Below the pieces are notes generated by a model. The model saw only the letters and a list, made by a program, of their open reading frames with translations. It did not search any database and was not told the origin of the DNA. DNA of 64,000 bases from an uncultured Clostridia bacterium. GTDB lineage: Bacteria > Bacillota > Clostridia > Christensenellales > CAG-138. A program made the position numbers and the translations under genes. Shown one piece after another: positions 1 through 9,755 of this stretch. The first letter of the stretch is position 1. The number at the start of each line of letters is the position of its first letter. The stretch spans positions 2,212 through 66,211 of the forward strand of contig CALDNN010000028.1 of NCBI GenBank assembly GCA_937915455.1, read 5' to 3'.

Positions 1-2
1 AC

Positions 3-911
3 CATGCGCATAAGCGCGGCGTGCGTGCAGGTTACGCTAAATTCGAAACCTTCCCCATTTGGAACCTGCCCCTCAAGCATCCCGTAAACCTCGCGTACGA
101 GGCCGCCACGGCGGACCTCAACGATGTGAATATGATCGACCCGTTCCACCTGGAGGCTTACGGCGAGACCACCGTCAACTATAACCGGGATGTGGAGGTC
201 TTTCCCGTGCTCTCGGCCATGTTCCGCCGCATTTATGGCGAGTGCCCCTACCAATCCCCTACGGACATGGGCGTGAATATGGCCGGCAAGTGCATTGTGG
301 ATGATGAAGCCTGCCGCGAAGCCGCCTTGCAGGAGATCATCCGCCGCTACTATGCGGCCATGTGCGCGGCCCGCCAGGGCCTGGCCGGGCCGGAGGCGGC
401 GGATAAGATCCGCCTTTTGATGAACCAGGCCGGCGTTTCCGAGGCGGATCGACCCGTGGCTGCCGCGGCCCTCAAAAAGGCAGAGGATACCGGCGCGCCT
501 GCGGCCGCATTGGAGCTGCCGGACGGGCGCATCCTCACGGGCAAAACCAGCCAGCTCCTGGGCGCATCCAGCGCACTGCTGCTCAACGTCCTCAAAGAGC
601 TGGGCGGCATACAAGATGCGGTGCACCTCATATCCCCCATCGTCATCGAGCCCATCCAGCACCTCAAGGTGGAGCACCTGGGCAATCACAACCCCCGGTT
701 GCATATGGATGAGGTGCTCATTGCCCTTTCGATTTCCGCGGCCACTAACCCTACGGCGGAGCTGGCCATGCAGCAGCTCGATAAGCTGCGCGGCTCCGAG
801 GCTCACTCCTCGGTGATCCTTTCCTCCGTGGACGAGGGCGTTTTCCGCAAGCTGGGGATAAACCTCACCTGCGAGCCGAGGTACCAGGGCAAAAAGTTAT
901 ACCACAAATAA
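3..911 (+). CDS. DUF1846 / UPF0371 family protein, C-terminal ~300 aa (5' end lies off the window)
   Basis: The frame is open from the window edge. Strong family-typical strings are present: GYAKFETFPIWNLPL.HPVNLAYEAATADLNDVNMIDPFHLEAYGETTVNYNRD, SPTDMGVNMAG, NPRLHMDEVLIAL and SEAHSS. Confidence 0.85.
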   Translation, partial: HAHKRGVRAGYAKFETFPIWNLPLKHPVNLAYEAATADLNDVNMIDPFHLEAYGETTVNYNRDVEVFPVLSAMFRRIYGECPYQSPTDMGVNMAGKCIVDDEACREAALQEIIRRYYAAMCAARQGLAGPEAADKIRLLMNQAGVSEADRPVAAAALKKAEDTGAPAAALELPDGRILTGKTSQLLGASSALLLNVLKELGGIQDAVHLISPIVIEPIQHLKVEHLGNHNPRLHMDEVLIALSISAATNPTAELAMQQLDKLRGSEAHSSVILSSVDEGVFRKLGINLTCEPRYQGKKLYHK

Positions 912-936
912 TTAATAGAAGGTTCTTCCTTTTTGC

Positions 937-962
937 AGCCCGGCACAAGCGCGCCGGGCTTT
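937..962 (+). terminator. Hairpin after the DUF1846 gene
   Basis: An 8-bp stem AGCCCGGC / GCCGGGCT with an 8-nt loop is followed by TTT. The T-run is short. Confidence 0.5.
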
Positions 963-997
963 GCCGTATCTTCCTCGAAATATTTTGCAGATTCCTC

Positions 998-1026
998 TTG
1001 ACTCTCACGTTACGTCATAGTATAAG
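998..1026 (+). promoter_or_regulatory. Sigma-A-like promoter of the MerR gene (TTGACT-17-TATAAG)
   Basis: TTGACT lies at 998-1003 and TATAAG at 1021-1026. The spacer contains the ACGT-T-ACGT partial dyad expected of a MerR/TipA-type operator. Confidence 0.45.
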
Positions 1027-1056
1027 CTAACCCCAGAAGGGAGGCGAAGGGCAATA

Positions 1057-1788
1057 ATGAAGGTTTCAGAGCTGAGCAAATTGAGCGGGTTGAGCGTGCG
1101 CACGCTGCACTATTATGATGAGATCGGCCTGCTAAAGCCCGGCGAGGTAAGCGAAGCGGGGTATCGGGGCTATGGCGAGGAGGCCGTGGAACGGCTATCC
1201 CAGGTGATGTTCTTTCGGGAACTGGGCTTCCCGCTCAAGGATATTCGCGGCATCCTGGAAAGCCCCAGCTTTGACCGCAACGCGGCCCTGGAGCAGCAAA
1301 TCGAGCTGCTCAAACTCAAACGGGAACACTTGGACAATCTGATCACATTAGCGGAAGGAGCGGTGATGTTAGGCATGAGCAGGGTGGATTTTAAAGCCTT
1401 TGATACGCGCAAGATCGATGCGTATATGGCAGAGGCCAAGGAGAATTGGGGCAAGTCCAAGGCCTGGCAGCAATACGAGGCCAAGATCAAGGGCCAAACT
1501 AAGCAGCAACAGGATGCGGCAGCCCAGGGAACCATGGATATATTGGCCGAAATGGGCAAGCTGAAGGTGGCGGGGGAAGCCCCAGACTCGAGTGCGGCGC
1601 AGGACCTGGTAGAAAAGCTGCGGGCGCACTTTACGGAATATTATTACGATTGCACGCTGGAGATCCTGGCGGGCCTGGGCAAGATGTACACCGGCGACGG
1701 ACGCTTCCAGGAAAACATTGACGAATACGGCGGTCCCGGCACGGCGCAATTTGCAGGCGAAGCCATCGCCGTCTATTGCGGGGAATAA
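1057..1788 (+). CDS. MerR family transcriptional regulator with a TipAS-like C-terminal domain
   Basis: The N-terminal HTH is MKVSELSKLSGLSVRTLHYYDEIGLLKP. The SD GAAGGGAGG lies upstream. The C-terminus (YYDCT..GDGRF) resembles the TipAS antibiotic-recognition domain. Confidence 0.85.
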   Translation: MKVSELSKLSGLSVRTLHYYDEIGLLKPGEVSEAGYRGYGEEAVERLSQVMFFRELGFPLKDIRGILESPSFDRNAALEQQIELLKLKREHLDNLITLAEGAVMLGMSRVDFKAFDTRKIDAYMAEAKENWGKSKAWQQYEAKIKGQTKQQQDAAAQGTMDILAEMGKLKVAGEAPDSSAAQDLVEKLRAHFTEYYYDCTLEILAGLGKMYTGDGRFQENIDEYGGPGTAQFAGEAIAVYCGE

Positions 1789-1803
1789 ACAGCATAAGTT
1801 TTT

Positions 1804-1831
1804 ACAGAGCTGCCAATGCAGCTCTGTTTTT
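1804..1831 (+). terminator. Rho-independent terminator of the MerR gene
   Basis: A 10-bp stem ACAGAGCTGC / GCAGCTCTGT with a 4-nt loop is followed by a T-run. Confidence 0.8.
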
Positions 1832-1888
1832 GGCTTTTTTGGCAAAAACCCGCTATCTTTGCGCCATCTTTTGGTATATGATAATACC

Positions 1889-2869
1889 ATGAAGTATACT
1901 GTTTCTTATCCAATCATAGACCTCCATTGTGATACGATCGCCTGCGTGGTAGCACTTTCGGGCGGCAAGGAGAGGCTTGCGAAAAGCGGCGGTCATATCG
2001 ACCTGCCAAGGCTTCGGGCTGGCGGTGTTCTGATGCAGGCCTTTGCCATCTTTGCCCCGGCACAGCCCGTGCAGGAGATGCTGCCCCTGGGCGATACGCC
2101 GGAGGCCATATTCGAGGCTGCCTATGGCTGGTATCGGCGGGAGCTGGCGGAAAACGCGGCCGAGGTGGCGCCCGTGCGGGTTTTCGGCGATATCGAAAAA
2201 AACCGCCGGGCCGGCAAGATATCCGCCCTGCTGACCTTGGAGGACGGGGCCGTGGTGAAACGCCCGGCCGATCTGGACGCGCTCTATGAAAAGGGCGTGC
2301 GCATGATCGCCCTCACCTGGAATTTCGCCAATTCGCTGGGCTATCCCAACGCCGTTGAGGCGGATATGTCCAAGGGCCTCACGGCGCTTGGGCGGCAGGC
2401 TGTGGAGCGCATGCAGGAGCTGGGCATGGTGGTGGATGTATCCCACCTTTCGGATGGCGGCTTTCGCGATGTGGCCGCGCTGGCCCGCAAGCCTTTCGTG
2501 GCCTCCCACAGCAACGCGCGGGAGGTGTGCGGCCATGCGCGCAACCTTACGGACCCCATGCTGCGCGCGCTGGCGGATCGCGGCGGGGCCACGGGTCTGA
2601 ATTTTTATAACCTTTTTATCGGCGATGAAGGGGAAACCACCATCGAGGGCATTTTACGCCACGCCTTGCACATCCGCAAGGTGGCCGGGGTAGAGGCGCT
2701 CTGCCTCGGCTCGGATTTCGACGGCATCTCCTGCGCCTTGGAATTTAAGGATTACGCAGGGTATCCGGCCCTGCTGGCCGCCTTTGAAAAGCACTTTACC
2801 CCCAGGGAGATGGATTTGATCACGCACGGCAACGCCCTGCGCATCTTCCGGGCCTGTATGGAGGGCTAA
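1889..2869 (+). CDS. Membrane-dipeptidase family (M19) dipeptidase
   Basis: The N-terminus PIIDLHCDTI, together with VSHLSD, ASHSNAR and GSDFDG, are M19 motifs. The track ORF 1718 start crosses the upstream terminator, so the ATG at 1889 is taken. Confidence 0.85.
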   Translation: MKYTVSYPIIDLHCDTIACVVALSGGKERLAKSGGHIDLPRLRAGGVLMQAFAIFAPAQPVQEMLPLGDTPEAIFEAAYGWYRRELAENAAEVAPVRVFGDIEKNRRAGKISALLTLEDGAVVKRPADLDALYEKGVRMIALTWNFANSLGYPNAVEADMSKGLTALGRQAVERMQELGMVVDVSHLSDGGFRDVAALARKPFVASHSNAREVCGHARNLTDPMLRALADRGGATGLNFYNLFIGDEGETTIEGILRHALHIRKVAGVEALCLGSDFDGISCALEFKDYAGYPALLAAFEKHFTPREMDLITHGNALRIFRACMEG

Positions 2870-2872
2870 ACG

Positions 2873-3919
2873 ATGGACTTATTGGAACGGATCGCCAGGC
2901 TGACCGCGGCCGCCGGAGCCACGGGCATGGAGGACGCGGTGGCGGCGGAGGTCGCCGCGCAGCTGACGGAATTGGGTGTGGAGGTCTTTAGGGATAAGGC
3001 GGGTAGCGTTTACGGCAAGATCGGCGAGGGCCACCCGCTGGTGCTGCTGATGGCCCACATGGATGAAGTGGGCATGGTGGTGCAAAAGGTTGAGGAGAAC
3101 GGCATGCTGCGCCTGTGCAAGATCGCGGGGGTGGATCCACGCATCCTGCCCGGCTCACGCCTGGTCATACAGGGCCGCGAAGGGCCCGTTTGGGCCGTGG
3201 CCGGGGCCTTGCCGCCGCATTTGAAAAAAGAGAAGGAGCCACCCGCCTATCAATGGGAGGATATCCTCTGCGATACGGGCCTTGCGGCTGAGGAAGCCGG
3301 GCGGCTCATCCGCCCCGGCGATATGGTAACCCTAGCCCCGGAGCCGCCGCTTAATCTCCTTAGCGGCCGGGCCTCGGGCAAAACCATGGACGACCGCGCC
3401 CCCCTGGCCGCGCTGATCGAGCTTTTTGCTCGCCTTGGCGATGAAGAGCTTTCCTGCACGGTGGTGCTCTGCGCCTCCGTGCAAGAGGAAAAGAGCGGCG
3501 CCGGCGCGATGGCCGGGGCCCATAACCTTTGCCCGGATATGGCCATTGCCGTGGATGTGTGCCATGCGCCCCCACCGGATACTCCCTTCCGTACCTATCC
3601 TCTGGAGGAGGTGGTTCTCTGCCGCAGCGCCAGCCTGCACCCCGGCCTATTCACGCTGCTCGAATCCAGCGCCAAGGCTATGCGCATCCCCTACCAGGTG
3701 GAGGCCGCCATGGCGGCCAAGGGTACGGACGCCTGGGATATGGCCGTGCAGGCGAGCGGCGTGGCTACAGGGCTGATCTCCGTGCCGCTAAGGTATATGC
3801 ATACCGGCGTAGAGGTACTGAGCCTCGAAACGCTGGCCAATATGCAAAAGCTGCTGACTGGCTTTTTACGGGGGCTGAAGACCGGCCCCTGGGAGGAGGC
3901 TCTATGTTGGAGAGACTGA
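2873..3919 (+). CDS. M42 family metallopeptidase (TET/FrvX/YsdC-type aminopeptidase), copy 1
   Basis: LLMAHMDEVGMVV, MDDRA and VQEE are M42 signature strings. The gene starts 4 nt after the dipeptidase stop. Confidence 0.85.
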   Translation: MDLLERIARLTAAAGATGMEDAVAAEVAAQLTELGVEVFRDKAGSVYGKIGEGHPLVLLMAHMDEVGMVVQKVEENGMLRLCKIAGVDPRILPGSRLVIQGREGPVWAVAGALPPHLKKEKEPPAYQWEDILCDTGLAAEEAGRLIRPGDMVTLAPEPPLNLLSGRASGKTMDDRAPLAALIELFARLGDEELSCTVVLCASVQEEKSGAGAMAGAHNLCPDMAIAVDVCHAPPPDTPFRTYPLEEVVLCRSASLHPGLFTLLESSAKAMRIPYQVEAAMAAKGTDAWDMAVQASGVATGLISVPLRYMHTGVEVLSLETLANMQKLLTGFLRGLKTGPWEEALCWRD

Positions 3920-4974
3920 AAACGCTCTGCGCCCTGCCCGGTGTTTCCGGCCACGAGGGGCCGGTACGCGCCTATTTGAAAAAGGAACTGGCCCCCTTGG
4001 GGCTGAAAACCGTTGTCGACCCCCTAGGCAGCCTGCATGTGCGCCGCCCCGGCCCGGGCCCGCGCATTCTGCTGGCCGCGCATATGGATGAAGTCGGCAT
4101 GGTGGTATCCGGCATCCGGGAGGACGGCACGCTGGCTTATTCCGGGGCCGGGCTGGACGCACGCGTGCTCGTCGGCAAGCGGGTGCGCATCGGTACAGGC
4201 GCGCCCATGGCCTTTGGTTCGTTCGGTACGTCCGCTTCACAAGGATCGATCCCCGGCGTGATCGGTTGCAAAGCCATCCATCTGCAAAAGGAAGAAGAGT
4301 TCAAGCGCACCTTCCCGCATGAGGAATTATATCTCGATATAGGCGCAAAAGATAAAAAAGAAGCTGCCCAGGCCGTACGCATCGGCGACCCCGTGTGGTT
4401 CGACGTGGAACCGATGGAGCTGGGCGGCCTGCTTTGCGCCAAGGCGCTGGACGACTGCATCGGCTGCGCCATTCTGCTCGAGCTTTTGCAAGAAGATTAT
4501 GGCTGCGACCTCTGGGCCGCCTTCACCGTGCAGGAGGAGCTGGGCCTTCGGGGCGCCATGGCTACCGCGCACCGGGCGGAGCCGGCGCTGGCGCTGGTGC
4601 TGGAGGGCACCACCGCCAACGACCTGCCGGAGCTAAGCCCGCCCAAGGCCGTGACCCGCGTGGGCGGGGGAGCCGCCCTTACCGTGATGGACGCCCGTAC
4701 CTTAGCCTTGCCGGAAATGGTGGCGGCGCTGATAAAAACGGCACAGCGCCATGCCATCCCCTACCAGCTACGGCAGGGAACCAAGGGCGGCACGGATGGC
4801 GGGGCCATCCACCAGGCATGCTGCGGCTGCCCGGTGGGCGGTGTCTCCGTGCCCTGCCGCTATATCCATTCCCCCAATAGTTTAGCCAGCCCCGCGGATA
4901 TCCGCGCCGCTTATGAACTGGCCCGCGCCTTTTTGCGGGATCAAATGTGGAACGAGGTGATACGCCATGCTTGA
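3904..4974 (+). CDS. M42 family metallopeptidase, copy 2
   Basis: The N-terminus MLERLKTLCALPGVSGHEGPVR, plus LLAAHMDEVGMVV, LDDCIG and FTVQEELGLRGA. It overlaps copy 1 by 16 nt. The longer track start at 3529 lies in an alternative frame inside copy 1. Confidence 0.85.
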   Translation: MLERLKTLCALPGVSGHEGPVRAYLKKELAPLGLKTVVDPLGSLHVRRPGPGPRILLAAHMDEVGMVVSGIREDGTLAYSGAGLDARVLVGKRVRIGTGAPMAFGSFGTSASQGSIPGVIGCKAIHLQKEEEFKRTFPHEELYLDIGAKDKKEAAQAVRIGDPVWFDVEPMELGGLLCAKALDDCIGCAILLELLQEDYGCDLWAAFTVQEELGLRGAMATAHRAEPALALVLEGTTANDLPELSPPKAVTRVGGGAALTVMDARTLALPEMVAALIKTAQRHAIPYQLRQGTKGGTDGGAIHQACCGCPVGGVSVPCRYIHSPNSLASPADIRAAYELARAFLRDQMWNEVIRHA

Positions 4975-5953
4975 ATCTGCCCTACACGCGCTGACCGCCG
5001 CCTACGGCCCCTCCGGCCGGGAAAGCCGGATCCGGGAGGCCATATCCTCCCTGGCAGAGCCCCTATGCGAAACCCTGCAAACCGACCCCCTGGGCAACCT
5101 GATCGCCTTCCGGCCCGGCAAATCCGGCAAGCGGCTGATGCTCGCCGCCCATATGGACCAGATCGGCCTGATGGTGACGGATGTGCAGGAGGACGGCTTT
5201 TTGCGTGTGGCTGCCGTCGGCGGGCTAAAGCCCGCGATAGCCATTGCCCGGCGAGTGGTCTTTGAGAACGGGGCACCGGGCACGGTCTATTATGAGACGA
5301 AAACAAAAGGTCCCGGCGAGGCCGAAATGGAGGATTTGTTCATCGACGTCGGCGCAAAGGATAAGGCCGAAGCGGAATCGATCGCTCGCATTGGCGACGT
5401 AGCGGTATTTTACAGCCCCTTGCAGATCGAGAACGGCTTGGCCACCGGCGGCGCGCTGGATAACAGGCTGGGCTGCGCCGTGCTGCTCGAAGCCCTCGCG
5501 GGCCCCTGCGAGCATGACCTCTACGCCGTTTTCACCGCGCAGGAGGAAGTGGGCACGCGCGGGGCCGGCCCGGCGGCATATGGTATCTTGCCAGACCTTT
5601 GCGTGGCGCTGGATGTGACCCCGGCCGGCGATACGCCTAAGGCCGCGCCCTCGGCCATCGCCCTGGGCAAGGGCCCTGCGCTCAAAGTACTGGATAATTC
5701 CGTGGTGGTCTCCGCCCATGTGCGGCTGCTGCTGGAGGAGCGGGCCGAAGCCGCGGGCGTAGCAATCCAATACGAGGTGCTCACCACGGGCGGCACGGAT
5801 ACCGGGGCCATCGCCCGCACGGCGGGCGGCGTAACTGCGGGCTGCATCTCTTTGCCCTGTCGCTATATCCACTCGCCTGTGGAAACGGTGGCGCTCGCCG
5901 ATGCACAGGGTGCCGTGCAATGGATAAGGTCCGTGATGGAGGCAAGGCTATGA
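4967..5953 (+). CDS. M42 family metallopeptidase, copy 3
   Basis: GPSGRE, LMLAAHMDQIGLMV, LDNRLG and FTAQEEVGTRGA. It overlaps copy 2 by 8 nt. Confidence 0.85.
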   Translation: MLESALHALTAAYGPSGRESRIREAISSLAEPLCETLQTDPLGNLIAFRPGKSGKRLMLAAHMDQIGLMVTDVQEDGFLRVAAVGGLKPAIAIARRVVFENGAPGTVYYETKTKGPGEAEMEDLFIDVGAKDKAEAESIARIGDVAVFYSPLQIENGLATGGALDNRLGCAVLLEALAGPCEHDLYAVFTAQEEVGTRGAGPAAYGILPDLCVALDVTPAGDTPKAAPSAIALGKGPALKVLDNSVVVSAHVRLLLEERAEAAGVAIQYEVLTTGGTDTGAIARTAGGVTAGCISLPCRYIHSPVETVALADAQGAVQWIRSVMEARL

Positions 5954-7683
5954 AGGTAAGCGAGAGGCTCGCGGCCCTGCGCCGCGCCATGGCGGAGGCC
6001 GGTCTGGATGCTTACCTTGTGCCCACTGCCGATTCGCACGGCTCGGAATATGTAGCCCCTTACGACCAGGCGCGCGCCTATTTGAGCGGCTTTACGGGCA
6101 GCGCGGGCACGCTGCTTGTGCTGCCGCACGAGGCCCTGCTGTGGACGGATTCGCGCTACTTTTTGCAGGCCGGGCGCGAGCTTGAAGGCAGCGGCATAAC
6201 GCTGATGAGAGAAGGCGGGGAAGGCGTGCCCGATCTGGCAGATTATATCCGCCACAACCTTGCGGGTAAGGGCATGGGCATGGATGGCCGCTGCGTTACC
6301 CTGCGGCAGGCAGCGGCCTATGGCGCGGGTACGTCCGTGGTGGATATCGACCTGGTCTCCCCGGTGTGGCCCGACCGGCCTCCCCGCGAAGCGGCCCCCG
6401 CCTTTGTGCTGGATACGGCCCTCACGGGGCAAAGCGCGGCTGAGAAACTGGCGGCCCTGCGGCTGCACATAGAAGAACGCAAGGCCCGGGCAGCGCTCGT
6501 CACAGACCTGATGGACGGCGCGTGGCTTTTCAACCTTAGGGGCGGGGATATCCCTCACACGCCTGTGGCCCGCTTTTTTACCGTGGTGGAAGCGGAAGCC
6601 TGCTTCGTCTTCATAGCCCCGCAAACGGCGGAACCTGTGGCTGCTTACCTCGCGGAGTTGGGCGCGCACATTTTGCCTTATGAGGACATCCTGCCCTTCC
6701 TCGGCCGCTATGGCGAAGGGGATCACGTTTTGGTGAGCCCTCCCTCCGTGAGCATGGCGCTGGCCATGGCCCTCAAAGAGCGGGGCGCGGCCTTGCTGGA
6801 TAGCGATTACCTGGCCATGGCCCGCTGCGTAAAGAATGAAACGGAGCTGGCCCACATCCGCGAGGCCCATGCGAAGGACGGGGCCGTGATGGTGCGCTTT
6901 TTGCGCTATATCAAAGCCCATGCGGACAAGCTGGATGAATACGGGGCCGCAGCGCATCTCGACGGCCTGCGGCTGGAGGCCGGTTGCCTCGATACCTCCT
7001 TTGCCACCATCTGCGGCTACGGCCCCAACGCGGCCATCGTGCATTACCGCCCGGCCCAGGCCAGCGCCCGACAGCTGCAAAAGAAGGGCCTGCTGCTGGT
7101 GGACAGCGGCGGCCAATGGCCCGGGGCCACCACGGATGTGACCCGCACCATCGCCCTGGGGTCGCTCACATCGGATGAAAAGGCGCACTTCACGCTGACG
7201 CTGCGCTGCATGCTGGCCCTGCTGGCCGCCCGCTTCCCGCAGGGGGTGGATGGGGCCAAGCTCGATGTGCTGGCCCGCGCGCCCATGTGGGAGGCCGGAC
7301 TCAACTATGGCCACGGCACTGGCCACGGCGTGGGGGCCATGCTCTCGGTGCATGAGCCGCCCGTGCGCATCCGTTACGACTACCCATCGGTACCCATGCA
7401 AAAAGGCATGATCAGCTCGGACGAGCCCGGGCTTTACGTGACCGGCAGCCACGGCGTCCGCCTCGAAATTCTCATCGAGTGCGTGGAGATGGAAAATGGC
7501 ATGCTGGGCTTCGCGCCCCTCACACTCGTGCCCATCGACCTCGAAGCCGTGGAGAAACGCCTGATGGAGCCGGTGGATATCGCCCGCCTCAACGCCTACC
7601 ACGCTCTGGTAAAGGAAGCCCTGCTGCCCCTGCTCGAGGGGGATGATAAGACCTTCCTCATCCAGGCCACCCGGCCCCTGTAA
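5950..7683 (+). CDS. Xaa-Pro aminopeptidase (M24B, three-domain aminopeptidase P type)
   Basis: MKVSERLAALR..GLDAYLVPTADSHGSEY..SGFTGSAGTLLV at the N-terminus, and HGTGHGVG, SDEPGLY and VRLE in the pita-bread core. An ATGA overlap links it to the upstream gene. Confidence 0.85.
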   Translation: MKVSERLAALRRAMAEAGLDAYLVPTADSHGSEYVAPYDQARAYLSGFTGSAGTLLVLPHEALLWTDSRYFLQAGRELEGSGITLMREGGEGVPDLADYIRHNLAGKGMGMDGRCVTLRQAAAYGAGTSVVDIDLVSPVWPDRPPREAAPAFVLDTALTGQSAAEKLAALRLHIEERKARAALVTDLMDGAWLFNLRGGDIPHTPVARFFTVVEAEACFVFIAPQTAEPVAAYLAELGAHILPYEDILPFLGRYGEGDHVLVSPPSVSMALAMALKERGAALLDSDYLAMARCVKNETELAHIREAHAKDGAVMVRFLRYIKAHADKLDEYGAAAHLDGLRLEAGCLDTSFATICGYGPNAAIVHYRPAQASARQLQKKGLLLVDSGGQWPGATTDVTRTIALGSLTSDEKAHFTLTLRCMLALLAARFPQGVDGAKLDVLARAPMWEAGLNYGHGTGHGVGAMLSVHEPPVRIRYDYPSVPMQKGMISSDEPGLYVTGSHGVRLEILIECVEMENGMLGFAPLTLVPIDLEAVEKRLMEPVDIARLNAYHALVKEALLPLLEGDDKTFLIQATRPL

Positions 7684-7714
7684 ACTAAAAATCGACGCCA
7701 ACGAGGGACAGTAC

Positions 7715-9631
7715 ATGAGAGAATTTGGATTCCTGCGCCTTACCGCCGCCACCCCATCCTGCCGCGTTGCGGATGTTGTGCACAACGCCGCCGCCATCCT
7801 GGCGCAATATCAGGAAGCGGCGCGGGCCGGTTCCGCGCTGGCGGTATTCCCGGAGCTCTGCCTTACGGGTTATACCTGCGGCGACCTTTTCCAGCAGAGT
7901 ACGCTGCGACGGGGCGCGCTAAGCGGCCTTGCCGCCATCCTCGCCGGCAGCGCCGATCTAAACACCCTGGCCGTGGTGGGCCTGCCCCTTGAAAAGGATG
8001 GCGCGCTTTATAACTGCGCGGCAGTCATCCAGCGCGGGCAGGTGCTCGGCGTGGTGCCCAAGCAGAATATCCCCAATTACGGCGAGTTTTACGAGTTGCG
8101 CCACTTCACGCCCGCGGATGGTTCCGCTAATGGCACGATTTCGCTGCTCGGGCAGGAAGTGCCCTTCGGTACGGACTTGCTTTTTGCCTGCTCAGATATG
8201 CCCGATTTTGTGCTGGGAGTAGAGGTTTGCGAGGATCTTTGGGTGCCCAGCCCGCCCAGCATCGGTCTGGCCCTGGGCGGGGCCACGGTCATCGCCAACA
8301 CCTCCGCCAGCGATGAGCTGGTGGGCAAGGCTGCTTACCGACGGAGCCTTCTGAGCACCCAGAGCGAAAGGCTGCATTGCGCCTATGTTTATACCAACGC
8401 GGGCTCTGGCGAATCCACCACGGATGTGATCTTCGCCGGGCACGATATCATCCTTGAAAACGGCACGCCCCTGGCGGAAAGCCGGCTCTTCCACGAAGGC
8501 CTGCTGCACGCGGATGTAGATTTGGAGCGGCTGATGCACGAGCGGCTGCGCTTCACTACCTTCCATCCGCGGGGCGATTGGCGGCGCATCGCCTTCTCCT
8601 TAGGCGCGCTGAATGCGCCAGATATCCGCTACCGCCCGCTGGCCTCCCGGCCCTTCCTAGCGCAGGATGCATCCGAAATGGCTGCACGCTGCGAGGAGAT
8701 CCTCTCCATCCAGGCAAACGGTCTAGCCAAGCGCACGGCCCATGTTCGGGCGAAAAAGCTGGTAGTCGGCATTTCCGGCGGGCTGGATTCCAGCCTGGCC
8801 CTGCTGGTGATGGCACGGGCGCTGGCGCTGCTCAGAAGAAGCCCCAAGGATGCCCTGGCCGTGACCATGCCCTGCTTTGGTACCACGGATCGAACGCGCA
8901 ATAACGCCGAGGCGCTTTGCCAAGCATTGGGCGTCTCCTTCCGCAGCGTGGATATCCGCAAGGCCGTGGAGCAGCATTTCCGGGATATCGGCCAAGATCC
9001 GGATATACACGACGTGACCTATGAAAACGCCCAGGCCCGTGAGCGCACCCAGGTGCTGATGGATATCGCCAATATGGAAGGGGGCCTGGTGGTGGGCACG
9101 GGCGATCTTTCCGAGCTGGCGCTGGGTTGGGCCACCTACAATGGCGACCACATGAGCATGTACGGCGTGAATGCAGGCGTGCCCAAAACGCTGGTACGCC
9201 ACCTGGTGGCGCATGAGGCGCAACAGGCCCAATGCGAGGCCCTTCGCGCCGTGCTGCTGGATATCCTCAATACGCCCGTAAGCCCCGAGCTTTTGCCCGC
9301 ACAGAACGGCACTATCTCCCAGGTGACGGAGGATCTCGTGGGCCCCTACGCGCTGCATGATTTCTTTCTCTATCACATGGTGCGCTACGGCGTGCGGCCG
9401 GCCAAGATCTTGGCCCTGGCCAAAATCGCCTTCGCCGGTGAATACGACGCGGATGCCATTCGCAAGTGGTTGCGTACCTTCCTAAAGCGCTTCTTCGCCC
9501 AGCAGTTCAAGCGCAGCTGCCTGCCGGATGGCCCTAAGGTGGGCTCCGTGGGTCTCTCCCCCCGGGGCGATTGGCGCATGCCCTCGGATGCCGAGGCGGC
9601 GCTGTGGCTGGAAGAATTGGATAACTTATAG
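7715..9631 (+). CDS. nadE: Glutamine-dependent NAD+ synthetase (N-terminal CN-hydrolase domain plus NAD synthase domain)
   Basis: The nitrilase-like half has FPELCLTGY and VCEDLW. The synthetase half has the PP-loop GISGGLDSS. The ATG at 7715 is preceded by GAGGGA. Confidence 0.9.
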   Translation: MREFGFLRLTAATPSCRVADVVHNAAAILAQYQEAARAGSALAVFPELCLTGYTCGDLFQQSTLRRGALSGLAAILAGSADLNTLAVVGLPLEKDGALYNCAAVIQRGQVLGVVPKQNIPNYGEFYELRHFTPADGSANGTISLLGQEVPFGTDLLFACSDMPDFVLGVEVCEDLWVPSPPSIGLALGGATVIANTSASDELVGKAAYRRSLLSTQSERLHCAYVYTNAGSGESTTDVIFAGHDIILENGTPLAESRLFHEGLLHADVDLERLMHERLRFTTFHPRGDWRRIAFSLGALNAPDIRYRPLASRPFLAQDASEMAARCEEILSIQANGLAKRTAHVRAKKLVVGISGGLDSSLALLVMARALALLRRSPKDALAVTMPCFGTTDRTRNNAEALCQALGVSFRSVDIRKAVEQHFRDIGQDPDIHDVTYENAQARERTQVLMDIANMEGGLVVGTGDLSELALGWATYNGDHMSMYGVNAGVPKTLVRHLVAHEAQQAQCEALRAVLLDILNTPVSPELLPAQNGTISQVTEDLVGPYALHDFFLYHMVRYGVRPAKILALAKIAFAGEYDADAIRKWLRTFLKRFFAQQFKRSCLPDGPKVGSVGLSPRGDWRMPSDAEAALWLEELDNL

Positions 9632-9755
9632 CATACAAAAGAGGCGCCTGCTGGAAACTGGGCGCCGCAGGCTTTGCCGGCCGTATTTGCGTGTCCGCAG
9701 GCACAGGCAAGCCTGTAAGCTCAAAAAGTGGCGATCACCCACTTTTTTGACAGGC

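Noticed and set aside
3529-3903. The N-terminal 125-aa extension of the second M42 ORF given in the track
   Set aside because: The extension lies inside the first M42 gene in another frame and is Gly/Arg-rich. The conserved M42 N-terminus begins at the ATG at 3904.
5863-7797. A 644-aa ORF on the minus strand opposite the aminopeptidase P gene
   Set aside because: It is fully antisense to a gene with clear M24 motifs. Its product is Gly/Arg/His/Ala-rich low-complexity sequence, typical of shadow ORFs in high-GC DNA, and it has no SD.
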